Of a stretch of 64,000 nt of DNA, positions 12,681-25,370 are shown in pieces. Every line of letters begins with the position of its first letter. The first letter of the stretch is position 1. Origin of the DNA: Felis catus (taxonomy: Eukaryota). The translations under genes and the position numbers were made by a program. The stretch spans positions 98,272,001 through 98,336,000 of the forward strand of contig NC_058368.1 in assembly GCF_018350175.1 (NCBI RefSeq). Reading direction: 5' to 3'. The notes beneath the pieces are model-generated. The model searched no databases. It was not told the DNA's origin and saw only the letters and a program-made list of their open reading frames with translations.

Positions 12681-15629
12681 TGTGCATGTTTTAAGATTCC
12701 CTTATAGCAAAAATATTCTCTGGGTTTGGAAATTACAAGATATATAGCATCACTCTATACTAGCCACATATTAAAATCTTATTCTTTAGGAATTGTCTTT
12801 TCTCTTCCTCTGCAATGTTTTCTTGTAATACGCTAAATGTTTTCCTGTGAAACTCTAACTTTAGCGATGTTGGCTAACCTTTGGAAATGGAAGCCTATTA
12901 ACCTCTTTTAAAAGCTTTGACAGTAATCCAGTGAAAGTGGAGTATGGCTGTGAAGTATGGTTAATGGTACAGGAATATACAATATAGATAATAGAATGCC
13001 ATCAACATCCAATCCTTTCATTTCCAAACTCAAAGACCCATACTGATTTATTATGACCATTCTCAATATGAAAAGACTTTCATGATACTAAAATCTAAAA
13101 TAAACTCCTTACGTTTATCTTTGAATAACAAACTCTTAGGAGCATGATGTGTATTAAAAGAAAGGATCTCCTTTTATGTGGGCACTTCTGCAAATAACCA
13201 TGAGAAAAATCAAGAGCATTTGATTAAAGTACATCTTAGGTGATTCAGGAGACAAAACAAAGGTAGACTTCTGATTGTCTAAGTTAATTTATTCCTAGAC
13301 ACAGTAGAGCAACTACCTAGAGTCTGGACCTACCCTTCATTTTGATAACGGAAACCTAATCAGTCAGTCTTCCATTTCTCTCCCGTCTGGCTGAATCACA
13401 GAGTCACACATAGCATTACCACAGCAATTACAAATACAGAGTTTGGCTCAGGTGATTTCATTTTTCTTTCTGCCCTTGGTCCTTACATTGAAAAAATTTT
13501 ATTATACTGATATCTGTGCTGTCCGTGGTACATTTTCTAAAAGCCACTTTGGAATTAAGACATAAATAAAATTTGGTCGTAAGGATTGTCTTCCAGTAAA
13601 ATGGACGAAAAAAATGTTTCGTTCCTTTGAGAATTTAGATTCGTTTAAAGGGAAAGATACGGGTATAGGAGTATGATGAGGCATCCCAAGAAGGGATTTA
13701 AAAGGCTTCCAGGAGCTCATCGTTTTCGGGGATGAGAGAGTACATACATGGAGCCGAGGCCTCTGGCATCAGACACTGTGCTTTCTTACAGCAAGTCAGT
13801 GGCTGCATATCTATGGCCTTTGTTATTTACAGATGTCTGGAGCCAGAATTTGAGAAGTAGCACATGACAGGGATGAAGTCCTCCCCACCATTCATAAAAA
13901 TGATGAAAAAGTGAGATGAGATAGATTTGAATATAATGTGTTCTTTTTAAATTAAAAAATCCTGCAATGTTTATGGAATTCAGAAAACTTACTAGGAAAC
14001 TTACTTCCAGTTGGTCTCTGATCTCCTGGGCCACCTGGCATTGAGAGGGAGGCCAGTCGGTTCTCTCTGACTTAACAGCACTCGGAGTCGTGCTACTTTA
14101 AGATAACTCTTCTTTTTTTCAAAAAGTACGATTCTGTGCCTTATTAAACTATGTCAGATTGCATGAAGAGCTGAATGACATCAACGAGAGATAGGCATCT
14201 ATCTGTCTTTAGAGGAGTATATACCTGCCTCTATCTTTTTGGAGCAAGAATCCTCAGTTCTAAGCAGCACCGAGGGGAATGCTGTGAATCCCATGCACTT
14301 TGTGTCTGAAATTGCACACACGTTGATACTGATTGAAACTGGTGTCAATCAACACCTTGCAAAGGCTGCCCTCAGATTGTGGCACTAAGCCAAAAAGGCA
14401 CTGCTTCTGTCTCAGTTCCTTGTGAGCTTCTTGGTCACTCTGTAAGCTTTTTCTTCCTTCATGAAATGTTTCCGTGAAAAAGCAGAGATCTGACTATATT
14501 TGCAAGCGACTACTCAGTTTATGATGCATAATCAGAAAATTGCATTTTGAATGTGGCTTTCTTCTTTTCAGGGTTTAACCAATGAAATTTCAGTTCAGCC
14601 TCAGAAAACCTTTTTTACTGCTCACCTAACTCATTTTCTCCAACCTGGTCTTTAACAGCAGCAAATCTGATATTTTAACCTCTATTATATACCTTTCTCT
14701 ACTGATTCTGAATTGGTTTAGAATTGGCTCAGTTCTGTAAATGCTTATTCTTTCACTCTTGAAAAGGATGCAGTTAACTTTAATAACTGTTTCAAGGGAA
14801 ATATCTCCAACTAAAGCAACAAGATGAAAGAAAGGTAAAGTTGGACAAAATGGTTCATGTGGAAGCCCCTAGCCATTGATCCTGGCTCTGTTAAGTTCAC
14901 CGAGCTGCACACACAGACCTTACCCTGGAGGTCTGCCTGGCATGTATCACTGGCTGTGTCCACTTTTCTTTTGCCCATTAATTTATCAGACTGCATTTTC
15001 ATGTTCTTCATGTAGCTGGCTTGTGCAGTGCTTTTGTGTGCCATGTTCTGCTTCCTGTATCTAGTGATACCGTGACACATGTTGTGGTCCCTAGGAATGT
15101 TAGAGAGTTTTTAAAAGCCTGTCTAATAGCTGGGTATACAGACTCTAATCCAGGACCCTGGCATTATCAATTTGTGAAAAATGTCCAGCTTTAACTACTG
15201 AGATTACATTTTCCACACATGATTCCTTTTGGAATCTTACTGTGCCATTTTGTAAAGTGGCTTAATACCATGCAATAATTCGCTTTCTTTTTTATGGCTG
15301 GTTGGTGCTTAGCAACAAGGTACATTTATAAAAATGCATAGTTTCTGGACATCTATGAGTGCTTAATTAGCCACCGCCTTTAGTTGGCATTATGGTTAAT
15401 GTTACTATAGTTAACTCTGAAAATAGATTTTGCAAGTTTGATTTGTTCGTTATTGATGTGTACAGATCAGTAGTCACACTTTTAGTCAATATACGGTGAT
15501 TAGGTTAGGAGGAAATGGGATTCTGTGGATTGCTGAGTAGACGTCTACTAAAGTTTTGGTAAATCAAAAACCATGTTAGATGTTTATAAACCTTAGCTGA
15601 GTTACACTTAAATTTCAAAAAGCTTTGAA

Positions 15630-15720
15630 TGTGAGCTATTCACACATTGTGTAATCTTGGGAAAGTGACTTAAACTGTCTAAGCCTCAGTTGACTTATGT
15701 GTAAAAACAGGAGTAAAACA
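15630..15720 (+). mobile_element. MIR fragment
   Basis: tgtgtaatcttgggaaagtgacttaaactgtctaagcctcagttgacttatgtgtaaaa. Confidence 0.7.
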
Positions 15721-16588
15721 GGTCTGTTCTGTTTTTGTCTATGGTAGTTTTACACGGCAAAGTACAGTTTTATTGTTTTGTGTTTTGATAGAGAAAAGTA
15801 GGCATCTACTTCTTCCTCCTCCCTAAAAGTGAAGAAAAGAAGGCAAGAGTAGTGTGTGTCTCAGACTTTTTAGAAGTCCGGTGAGATGAGAACTGGGTAA
15901 AAATGAAGATGATTGTTGATAACAAGTTTAATTATTGATGGCAGCCTGGTGGCTATTGGTGACCTTTGTAACAGAGAGGACAGTGGCTAGTCCAGGGGTA
16001 GGGTTATAAGCCAGACTGAAAGAGAATAAAGACATTGCAAACAGTGAACATACACAATTCTTTGGAGAAGTTTGGCAGTGTGGAGTAGAGGTAACTAGGG
16101 AGGGAGGTTTTCACCGTGATCTGAAATTATTGTTCTGGTTCTGGTTGTATTTATGACAAGGAGCCAGAATATTTTAACATGCTGGTCAAAGTGACTAAAC
16201 CTGAAAATAAAGTTTCAAAGTGCACAAGACATGGACTAATCACCAGCATGTGTTTTCTGACAAGGCAGAAACTTTAGTAGAACATTTATGGAAAAACTGA
16301 GCACTATGGCGAAGAAAAGAGAAATGGAGGAAGTTATGAATATGGTGGCCTTTTAAGTAATTGCATATGAGAACTTTAATTTTCTTTCTGAAGTGGAGGA
16401 CAGGTCACATGCTAAGAATCCGAGGTTGAGGAAGCAAAAGAGGTGAGGTGAGAGGTGTGAGGACATTGTGTAAGATGGAAGACCAGCTAATAAAAGCTGG
16501 GATTATTTGGAACTCAAGAAATTGCAATCATCAGGTTAGTGAATTTTTATAATAATAATTTCTGTTATGTGTATTGCATTTCATTTTT

Positions 16589-16821
16589 TATTTTCTTTTT
16601 TTGATGCTTATTTATTTTGATAGAGAAAGCAAGAGAGAGGAGAGAGAGAAAGAGAGAGAGGGGGGCAGCAGTAGAGAAAGAGGGATAGACAGCACCCCAA
16701 GCAGGTTCTGAGCTCTCAGTGCAGAGCCGGACTTGGGGCTTGATCTCAATGAACTGTGAGATCATGACCTGAGCTGAAATCAAGAGTTGGAAGCTTAACC
16801 GACTGAGCCATCCGGGCACCC
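16589..16821 (-). mobile_element. Can-SINE
   Basis: Reverse SINE; imperfect TSD tattgca(t/c)tt(c/t)attttt at 16572-16588 and 16824-16840. Confidence 0.92.
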
Positions 16822-17377
16822 TATATTGCACTTTATTTTTCACTAAATGTTTTCACAAGCATCATTTCACAAAAAATTACTACTTCTCCCCCCCCCCCCA
16901 AGCTTTTTTGAGGTATAGTTGAGAAACAAAATGGTACAATATTTAAGATGTGCAACATGATGATTGGATATATGTTTACATTGTGAAATGATTACTGCAA
17001 TCAAGTCAATTGAGACATCTATCACCTCACAGTTATGTCCCCCCCCCTTTTTTTTTGGTGGTGAGAACACTAAGGATCTACTTCCTAGCTCATTTCAAGT
17101 ATACAGTAAAATCTTCTTAATCATCATTGCCATGCTGTCCATTAGATCCCCAGAACTTAGGTATCTTACCTCCCCATTTCCCCCACCTCTCAGCCCCTGG
17201 CCACTGCCAGCCTGTCTGTTGCCATGAATTCAACTTTTTTAGATTCCACATATAAGTACTACCAGAGAGTATTTGTCCCTGTCTAGGTTATTTCAAGATG
17301 CCCTCCAGGTTTATCTGTTATAATGACAGGATTTCCTTCTTATTTATAGTTCAATAACAATCTATTATATTTGTGTA

Positions 17378-17382
<5 letters not shown>

Positions 17383-17420
<38 letters not shown>
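17383..17420 (+). repeat. (GT)19 microsatellite
   Basis: Perfect dinucleotide tract. Confidence 0.97.
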
Positions 17421-17422
<2 letters not shown>

Positions 17423-17590
17423 TTAAAATGGCTTTCTATATATGATGTCATGTTACTCGTTACCTGCAAACAGGGACGATTTTAATTCTTCTTTTCTGAT
17501 TTGGATGCCTTTTATCTCTAGGTAGAACTTCAAGTAATATGTTGAATAGGAGTGGTGAGAGTAAGTGCTCTTGTGTTGTTCTTAATCTTT

Positions 17591-17824
17591 TTTTTTTAAT
17601 CTTTTTAAAAAATTTTTTTTCAACATTTATTTATTTTTGAGACAGAGAGAGACAGAGCATGAACCGGGGAGGGGCAGAGAGAGAGGGAGGCACAGAATCG
17701 GAAGCAGGCTCCAGGCTCTGAGCCATCAGCCCAGAGCCCAACGTGGGGCTTGAACTCACGGACCGCGAGATCGTGACCTGAGCTGAAGTCGGACGCTTAA
17801 CCGACTGAGCCACCCAGGCGCCCC
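17591..17824 (-). mobile_element. Young SINEC_Fc
   Basis: CpG-retaining SINE; perfect 17-bp TSD tgttgttcttaatcttt at 17574-17590 and 17826-17842. Confidence 0.97.
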
Positions 17825-18939
17825 ATGTTGTTCTTAATCTTTGAAGAGAAGCCTTCAGCTTTTTACCATGGAGTAGAGTGTTAGCTGTAGATTTGTCATA
17901 ACTGGACTTTGAACATATTGACCTAAATTCCTTTTGTATTCAATTTGTTGAGAGTTTCTAACATGTAAGCATGTTGAATATTGTCAGATGAATTTTCCTG
18001 CATCTATTGAGATGATCATGAGATTTTTATCCCTCATTCTGGTTAATATGACATATTATATTTATAGATTGGTATATGTTGAACCATTCTTGCATCCTAT
18101 GACTTGATCTCATTTGGTAATGGTGTATCATCCTTTACAGTGTGTGAATTCTATTTACTACCATTTTGTTAAGAGTTTTGCATATATACTTTGTATATAT
18201 ATTCATTAGGATTATTCACCTATAATTTTATTTTCTTGTAGTGTCCATATCTGGCTTTGTTATCAGGGTACTAAAATGATAATAATGGCCTCATAAAATA
18301 ATAAAATGGCCTCATAAAATGAGTTTTTAGGTGGTCCTTCCTCTTCAATTTCTTGGAAGCACTTGCGAAAAATTGGATTAATTACTTTTTAAGTATTTGG
18401 TAGAACTCACCATTGGAACCATCTGGTCCTGTGGGGGGGGGGGGGAGTGGTAGGGGAGATTTTTGATTACTGATTCAATCTTAATTTTTTTTCTTCTTAA
18501 AAAAACTCCTTACTTGTTATTTATGTCAGAATTTTCTATGTCTTCATGTTTCCTTCTTGATATGTTGTATGTTTCCAGGAATTTATCCATTTCTTCCAGA
18601 TTACCCAATTTGTCAGCACATGATTATTGATAGCAATTTCTTATGATCCTTTGTATTTCAGTGGTAATGTGTCCTCTTTCATCTGTAATTTTACTTATTT
18701 GAGTCTTCTCTCTTTCTTTCATAGTTCATCTGGATGAAGGTCTGTAAACCTTGTTTAGCGTTTCAAAAAAACCAGGGCTTAGTTTTGTTGAACTTATCTA
18801 TTTCTCTTTCTATTGTCTATGCCATTTATTTCTGCTCTAATACTATTTCTTTACGTCTGCTAACTTTCTGCCTCATTATTGTTTTCTCTACTTCCTTGAA
18901 TTATAAACTTAGGTTATTTATTTGAGATCTTTCTTTTTT

Positions 18940-18974
18940 CTTTTTTTTAAATTTTGTTTGTAATGTTTATTTTT

Positions 18975-19012
<38 letters not shown>

Positions 19013-19185
19013 AGAGTGCGAGTGGGGGAGGGGCTGAGAGAGAGAGAGGGAGACACAGATTCTGAAGCAGGCTCCAGACCCTGAGCTGTCAGCATAGAGC
19101 TCAACTCAGAACTTGAACTCATGAACCGTGAGATCATGGCCTCAGCTGAAGTCAGATGCTTAATCGATAGAGACACCCAGGTGCC
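18940..19185 (-). mobile_element. SINEC_Fc-type SINE
   Basis: Reverse SINE with (GA)n tract; TSD tgagatctttctttttt starting at 18923 and 19186. Confidence 0.94.
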
Positions 19186-19422
19186 TGAGATCTTTCTTTT
19201 TTCTTAATGTAAGTTTTTATTACTATAATCTTTCCTCTTAGAACTCTTTTTGCTGCATTGTGTACATTTGATATATTGAGCTTCCATCTTTGTCTCAAGA
19301 ATTTTTTTTAATTTCCTTTTTGATTGCCTTCTTTGACCCATTGGTTGTTCCAGAAGGTGTTGTTTAATTTCCATATGCTCATGGATTTTCTGATACTTCT
19401 CTTGTTAATGATTTCTAGTTTC

Positions 19423-19642
19423 TAAAATTTATTTTTTTTAATGTTCATTCATTTTTGAGACAGAAAGAGACAGAACATAAACGGGGGAGGGTCAGAGAGA
19501 GAGGGAGACACAGAATCTGAAGCAGGCTCCAGGCTCTGAGCTGTCAGCACAGAGCCGGACGTGGGGCTCAAACTCACAGACCGTAAGATCATGACCTGAG
19601 CCAAGGTCGGAAGCTCAACCGGCTGAGCCACCCAGGCATCCC
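19423..19642 (-). mobile_element. SINEC_Fc-type SINE
   Basis: Reverse SINE; TSD atg[a/c]tttctagtttc at 19408-19422 and 19644-19658. Confidence 0.94.
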
Positions 19643-19789
19643 TATGCTTTCTAGTTTCATATCACTGTAATATGAAAAGATACCTGATGTGATTGCAATG
19701 TTCTCATAGAGAATGTTCCTTTTGCACTGGAGAAGAATATGCTTTCTGCTGCTTTTGAATGGAATGTTCTGTATATTAATGTTAATAAA

Positions 19790-19990
19790 AAGTCAGATTT
19801 ATTGAGTTTATATAATACTCTGAGTACAGTTCTAAGCCTTTTATATCTACATTGCCTTTTAATCTTCACTAGACCCTCTGAGGCTTGGACAGTTATTATA
19901 TCCATTTTTCAGATGAGAAAGACAATCGACAGAGAGGTTAAGTTATATGTTCAAGTTCACAGAGCACAGTTAACAAAGTGAAGAAATACC
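19790..19990 (-). mobile_element. MIR
   Basis: tatatccatttttcagatgagaaagac...agagaggttaagttatatgttcaagttcacagagc. Confidence 0.75.
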
Positions 19991-20454
19991 CTGCCATCTT
20001 TTAAGAGTAGAATTGCAATTTATCATTTGATCCAATAGCAGGCCACAATACTGTGGTGACTATTTTTTTTGTGTGTACTCTCTCTTTTCACAAAGAATTC
20101 CTCTCCTTTAAACATTGGTAATTTTAAATATCCTTTCTTTAGACCCTCTCCCAAATTACACAAGCCTCCAATTCTCTTGTTATCTAAATTAAAGTGGTCA
20201 GGTAGTCATTTCTTAAATATTTATTGGGCTTTTCTTATATTCTAGGCCCAATGCTAAGCCCTGGAAATAATAAAATGAAAATATAAAATAAGGATCCAGA
20301 AAAACCTGAACTATGTGCCTGATCTCAAGGTACATTCAAGGGCAGCAGATGACCCAAGGTTGTGAATATCTGGAGACACAGATGAATGAGAGCCTTCTTG
20401 GAATCTGGCTGCCATAGTTACCTAAGTTATAAGGCCGTTGAATGATTTGGCCTC

Positions 20455-20915
20455 TGTATCAGTTTCCTGGGTCTGCCACAATGGATTGTCACAAGCTGGG
20501 ATGACTTCCAACAATGGAAATTTATTCACTTGGAGTTCTGAAGAAGTCTAGAATCGTGGTATCACCAGTGATGGTTTCATCTGTGGGCTCTGAGGGAAAA
20601 TCTCTTCATGCCTCTCTCCTAGCTTCTTGTGGCTTCTGGAATCCTTGGCATTCTTGGCTTGTAGATCCATCATTCCATCTCTGAGTCTATTTTCACATCA
20701 CTTTTTGTTCTGTGTGTCTCTCTGTTTTCTCCTTTCTTGTTCCTTATAAGGATATGTGTCACTGAAATTAAGGTCCATGCAGTGAATCTATGAAAATCTC
20801 ATCTTGAAGATGTTTTGCAAAATTAAATATGCAAAGCCCCTTTTTACAAACAAGATCACATTCACAGGTTCCACGTGGACATATTTCTTGGGGGGCTGTC
20901 ACCCAACCCACCATA
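20455..20915 (-). mobile_element. MaLR solo LTR (MLT1C/D-like)
   Basis: tgtatcagtttcctggg...ggctctgagggaaaatct...cctctctcctagcttc...aagatcacattcacaggttcc; near-perfect 5-bp TSD gcctc/tcctc. Confidence 0.85.
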
Positions 20916-21004
20916 TCCTCTTACCAAATCATTATTCTTCTCATTTGCTGTGCTTCTGTGAAACTGGCCTTCTCTCTATTCCTCCTCAGGGACAAATTTC
21001 TTTT

Positions 21005-21204
21005 TTTTTTTTCTTCTTTTTAAAGTTTACTTATTTTGAGAGGGAGAAAGAGACTGAGAGATATGGAGAGAGAGAATCCCAAGTAGGTTCCACACTGTCA
21101 GCACCAAGCCCAACATAGGGCTCAGTCTCACGAACTGTGAGATCCTGACCTAAGGCAAGATCGAGAGTCTGATGCTTAACCGACTGAGCCACCCAAGTGC
21201 TCCA
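21005..21204 (-). mobile_element. Can-SINE
   Basis: Reverse SINE; TSD gggacaaatttctttt starting at 20989 and 21206. Confidence 0.92.
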
Positions 21205-22470
21205 GGGGACAAATTTCTTTTGACTTTAGAGCCTTCCCATGTAGCCTTCCCTTCTTTTCCTTCGTATCTGTTATCGGGCTAACTTGAATTCACTTTTGCT
21301 ATTTGATTTGAAAGGTCACTTTCTCAAGGCAGCTTTGTCTGCTCTCCTTGAATTGTAGCTTCCAAGTTTGGTTAGAACTTCGTTCATGTAACACATGTTC
21401 ACAACATCATGCACTTATTCTTTGTAGCACTTAATACTATTACACTTTGGTAATTATTGCGGCAAAAATAGCTTTTATGAGCTTGTGCATATTTATGACT
21501 TTGATGACCACAGAGAACCTTGATCACTAGTGTCTACCACTGTGCCTGGTAAAAAGAGCACAATAGTTACTTGTTAACTGATGTGAAAATATAGGTGTAA
21601 AGAGAGGGTGGACATCCTGGCTTGAAGCGTTGAAATTGAGCTTGGTTTTTGTGTATTCCTACGTGACTTGCTACATCTGAGTAGTTTTCTTTCTTCACCT
21701 AATATTTGTCACGAATGAATTTGTGCATAAGCAAGTGCAAAATTTGTGTGAGGCTGAAAGAGTTCTCCAATATTTCAATCGTTTGGAACAAATTTGCATT
21801 TTTGAAATAAGCATATGGTACAACTAACCATCCAACTTTATCACATGGTTTCTGATACTTGGCTCCAGTGGATGATATTGGAGAGCTACGAGGTCTACGT
21901 GGCAGCCAACAAACATGTTAGTTATCAATAACACCGAATATCCAGGTCGTGACAGTAATAACTTTCAGATGTATTATTTGAAAAAATAAACAACTTAAAA
22001 CTGAAGGGTAGCGAGTTGTTGTTAGAAATGAAGGAAAGAGTAAAGGCTCATAGGAGAGCTGATAGGGGTGAATGTGGTGGTGGATTATTAGCACAAGCTT
22101 GTCATGTGACTCTAAACTTGGAAAAACCAAAGGAAAGGAAAGGAAGTTGAGAATGAATAATTTAAAGGCAGTAGATTGTAAAAATTAAGAGTGCTGATGA
22201 TATTAGATATTGCCAAGAAGATAACACATCTGGAGCTCTTCCATACCACCAAATGGAGTATAAACAGGTGTAAGCATTTTGGAAAATAATTTAGCATTAA
22301 CTCACTCAACCAAGTATGTACATATACCATGGTCTTACAGCTCTTCCCTTAGGTATATTTACTAGAGAAAATTTAGGCCATAGGAACATGTGGCTTTTGT
22401 TTAATAGATGGATTTTCCTAGTCTGTAGAAGAATTTGTAAGTGATGAGAATTATAGCTTGATATTTGAAG

Positions 22471-22674
22471 TTTTTTAAAGTTTATTTATTTATTTCTTTA
22501 GAGAGAATGCAAGCAGGGGAGGGGCAGAGAGAGGGAAGGAGGGAGAATCCCAAGCAGGCATCACTCTGTCAGCACAGAGCCCAGTGCGGGGCTTGAACCC
22601 ACAAACTGGGAGATCATGACTTGAGCCGAAATCAAGAGTTGGGTGCTTAACCTACTGAGCCACCCAGGTGCCCC
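22471..22674 (-). mobile_element. Can-SINE (no clear TSD)
   Basis: gagaatcccaagcaggc...ctgagccacccaggtgcccc. Confidence 0.93.
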
Positions 22675-23335
22675 AGGCAGCTAGAACTTCTAGAGTGATG
22701 TTTCATGTTGGGAGATGGAACTCTGTGGTACCTTCAAAGCTCATTCAAAATGGTGACCATTTTGGATCTTAAGATATTCATCTCATGCTCTCTCTACAAA
22801 GGTTATAATATTCACTCTGAAACACTGTGCAGCTTTGGGAAAATACTAGGCTTCATTTTATGGTAGGTTCTTCATCACCCAGACCTCTCAATAGTCAAAT
22901 TGTCATCAAGATAACACAATTGAAACCTTCATTTGCTGTATTTTGTCTGCATATTCTTCTTTGCTAATTGCTGACTTCACTCTATTATTTGTATCATGAT
23001 TCTTTAATGTATTTTCGAAACCTTAGAGTTTGTACCATATGATAGTCATATTGAATGGAATTCTAGAATAGTAAACCCGGAAGGAATCTTGGTCATAATT
23101 ATGCCTAGCTTTTATTTTCTAGCTTATTGGGAAACTGAGGTCCTTAGAAACCAAATGATTGGTCAAAAATCAGAGCTTTGATTTAAACTTGATACTATGT
23201 TGTTCTAGCCTGTTTATTTTGCTGCATACCACAAGACCATGTTTCTGAGTATCAGTTTCCACAATTTTGTAATTATAGATATAGAATTGAAAAGTTTTAA
23301 AAACTAATCAGACTATGGATAATCCAAAGGTCTTT

Positions 23336-23372
23336 ATTTTTTTTAAATTTTTTTTTCAATATATGAAATTCC
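23336..23372 (-). mobile_element. Extremely 5'-truncated L1 3' terminus plus poly(A)
   Basis: Reverse complement aatttcatatattgaaaaaa matches the 3' end of the L1 at ~31116-31135; imperfect flanking duplication ataatc..aa.gtcttt. Confidence 0.6.
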
Positions 23373-25125
23373 TGGAATATAATCTGAAAAGTCTTTGTGA
23401 ATCACTCAGTAGACTGACCTTACTTGTATCATTTCTCATTTTTTTCATAAACTGAATACTTCCACAAATGTGCTCAGTTAAGTCTTGCCTACATAAGTAG
23501 CTTGAGGTACCAGTTGAAATTCATCTTGAAAACTCTCAGAATTACAAGTGATACTGCATTTTAGTGTTCTGTTTTGTGGTTACTTGCTAAATATTATGCC
23601 TTTGAAGATTTATCCTTCATCACTTCAATCTTGATGCATTTAATAGTTTGCACTATGTCCCTATCATTCAAATATTAGGAAGGGAACAAATGAATACACT
23701 TACACCTTGCCTACACTTTGAACAGTGTATTTTGGAGTATTTATATATTAATGCAAAGCAAGCTTTCTAATCCTTTTTTTTAACAGCTGTAGAGTATTCC
23801 ATTATGTGGATGTAGCATTATGTATTTAACCAACACCTTGTTGGTGAACATTACTCTCTTTGTAATCCGCTATTAAAAAAGCAGTGCCGCTATGAATACT
23901 TGGTACAAACATCATTTTGCAAATATGTATTTATGACAAATTTCTAGAAGTTGAAATCCTGGGTCAAAATATAAAAGTTCTGCTAGACAGTGCTAAAATA
24001 TCTTACACAAAGGTGGTTCTGTTTGTACCAATTTCTTCTTCTACCAACACAAAACAAATTGCATATGTGTTGAGCACAAAAGGCCAGTTGGCTAGACAAC
24101 AAGACAGGAATCCTGGCTTTTGTGCTGTGGAGTTTTTAAGCAACATAATTGAAGGAGTGCCAGGCCTTAATCAGCCACATTCGAAGCCTTGGGTCCAAGC
24201 CCTGTGTCACAGTAGCAGTATGTATGAACTGCCAGAGCTTGTCCTCTATCCCTTTTCTGCTATTTCAGCATTTATTGATTGATGTCCGTCTCCTCACATG
24301 ATCAGGGGGATGGGGTCTGAGACCTGCGGTGGCAGCCTCATTGAACCTGTGGGCTGAGCTGCCCTCTCAGCCAGCTATGCCTAGGACTGATTGCCTCAGG
24401 AATTTGGCAGAGGCTGGTTTCTGTAGAATTTTGCGGAAGCCAGCCTGTGTGAAATTGGCCGAGGCATGTTAACCCTTATGTCTTGTCCTTTTGCCTCAGG
24501 ACCAGTATTCTGGGTTAACCTGTAGTACTCCCTAAAGCTGGGGCTTTGTCCTCTTTATTTTCACTTCCTTTTCTGATTAACTAAAGTAGGATATCAGTGC
24601 TCAAATAGAGCCTCAAAGATTGGCCCTTGCATTGCATCTATCTGAGCCCTGTATAGTGAGTCATTCGGATAACAATTGGAATAATTCAAGAACAAAACTA
24701 ATTTTAGAGTGGTAGAGGCTTGCTTCTCCAAGATGAGACTTGCCACAATGCTCAGAATCTCCAGGCATTTTTTTTTCTCTTGACATCATTTTGCATCAAG
24801 TAGGCTAATAGATTAGTATTTATCATCGTATGTTCAATTGTTACGTGAACAATTCTATGGGATGAATAGAATGGGTAACTTGTGTACATCTGGTAGGGAA
24901 TACACATATAGAGAGATAGCTCCTGAAGGAAAAGAAGTCCAGTCCAAATGAGTGTGATTCATAGTTTGAGACCTTCCTAACGGCATCAAGTTTTGAAGGT
25001 GGCCTACCCTATTTGTGGCTTTTTTTCCCCCTTCAATAAGAGGGAGAAAAAGAAGCAATGAGATAAATAATTGAATCTTACAGAGAAAAGCTACCAAAAA
25101 AAGTACATATTAAAAGACATTTCTT

Positions 25126-25370
25126 GGGTCTCCTGGGTGGCTCAGTCCATTGAGCAGCCAACTCTTGATTTTGGCTCAAGTTGCGATCTCACAGTTCATG
25201 AAATTGAACCCCATGTCGGACTCTGCACCAACAGCACAGAGCCTGCTTGGGATTCTCCCTCTCCGTCTCTCTCTCTGCCCCTTCCTTCCCTCAAAAAAAA
25301 AAAAAAACAAAAAAAAAAAAAAACAAAAAAACAAAAACCAAAACCAAAACAAAACAAGACAAAAACTTAA
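25126..25370 (+). mobile_element. Can-SINE with long A/AAAAC tail
   Basis: cctgggtggctcagtccattgagc head; imperfect TSD aaaa[g/t]a[c/t]atttctt. Confidence 0.93.

Larger units (their letters stand above)
16895..19780 (-). mobile_element. Old L1 (L1MA9/L1_Carn-like) 3' end plus ORF2 fragments, antisense, interrupted by 3 SINEs
   Basis: L1 3'-end antisense signature (ttgaggtatagttgag...acctcacagtta) and antisense ORF2 motifs (gttgaataggagtggtgagag, gtatttggtagaactcacc); minus ORF 19657-19905 gives YRTFHSKAAESIFFSSAKGTFS, similar to the endonuclease of the young L1 in this window. Confidence 0.85.

Noticed and set aside
24200..24680. GC-richer unique segment with gcctcagg motifs; possible LTR or enhancer
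   Set aside because: No TG..CA/TSD boundaries or recognisable family; motif evidence too weak.
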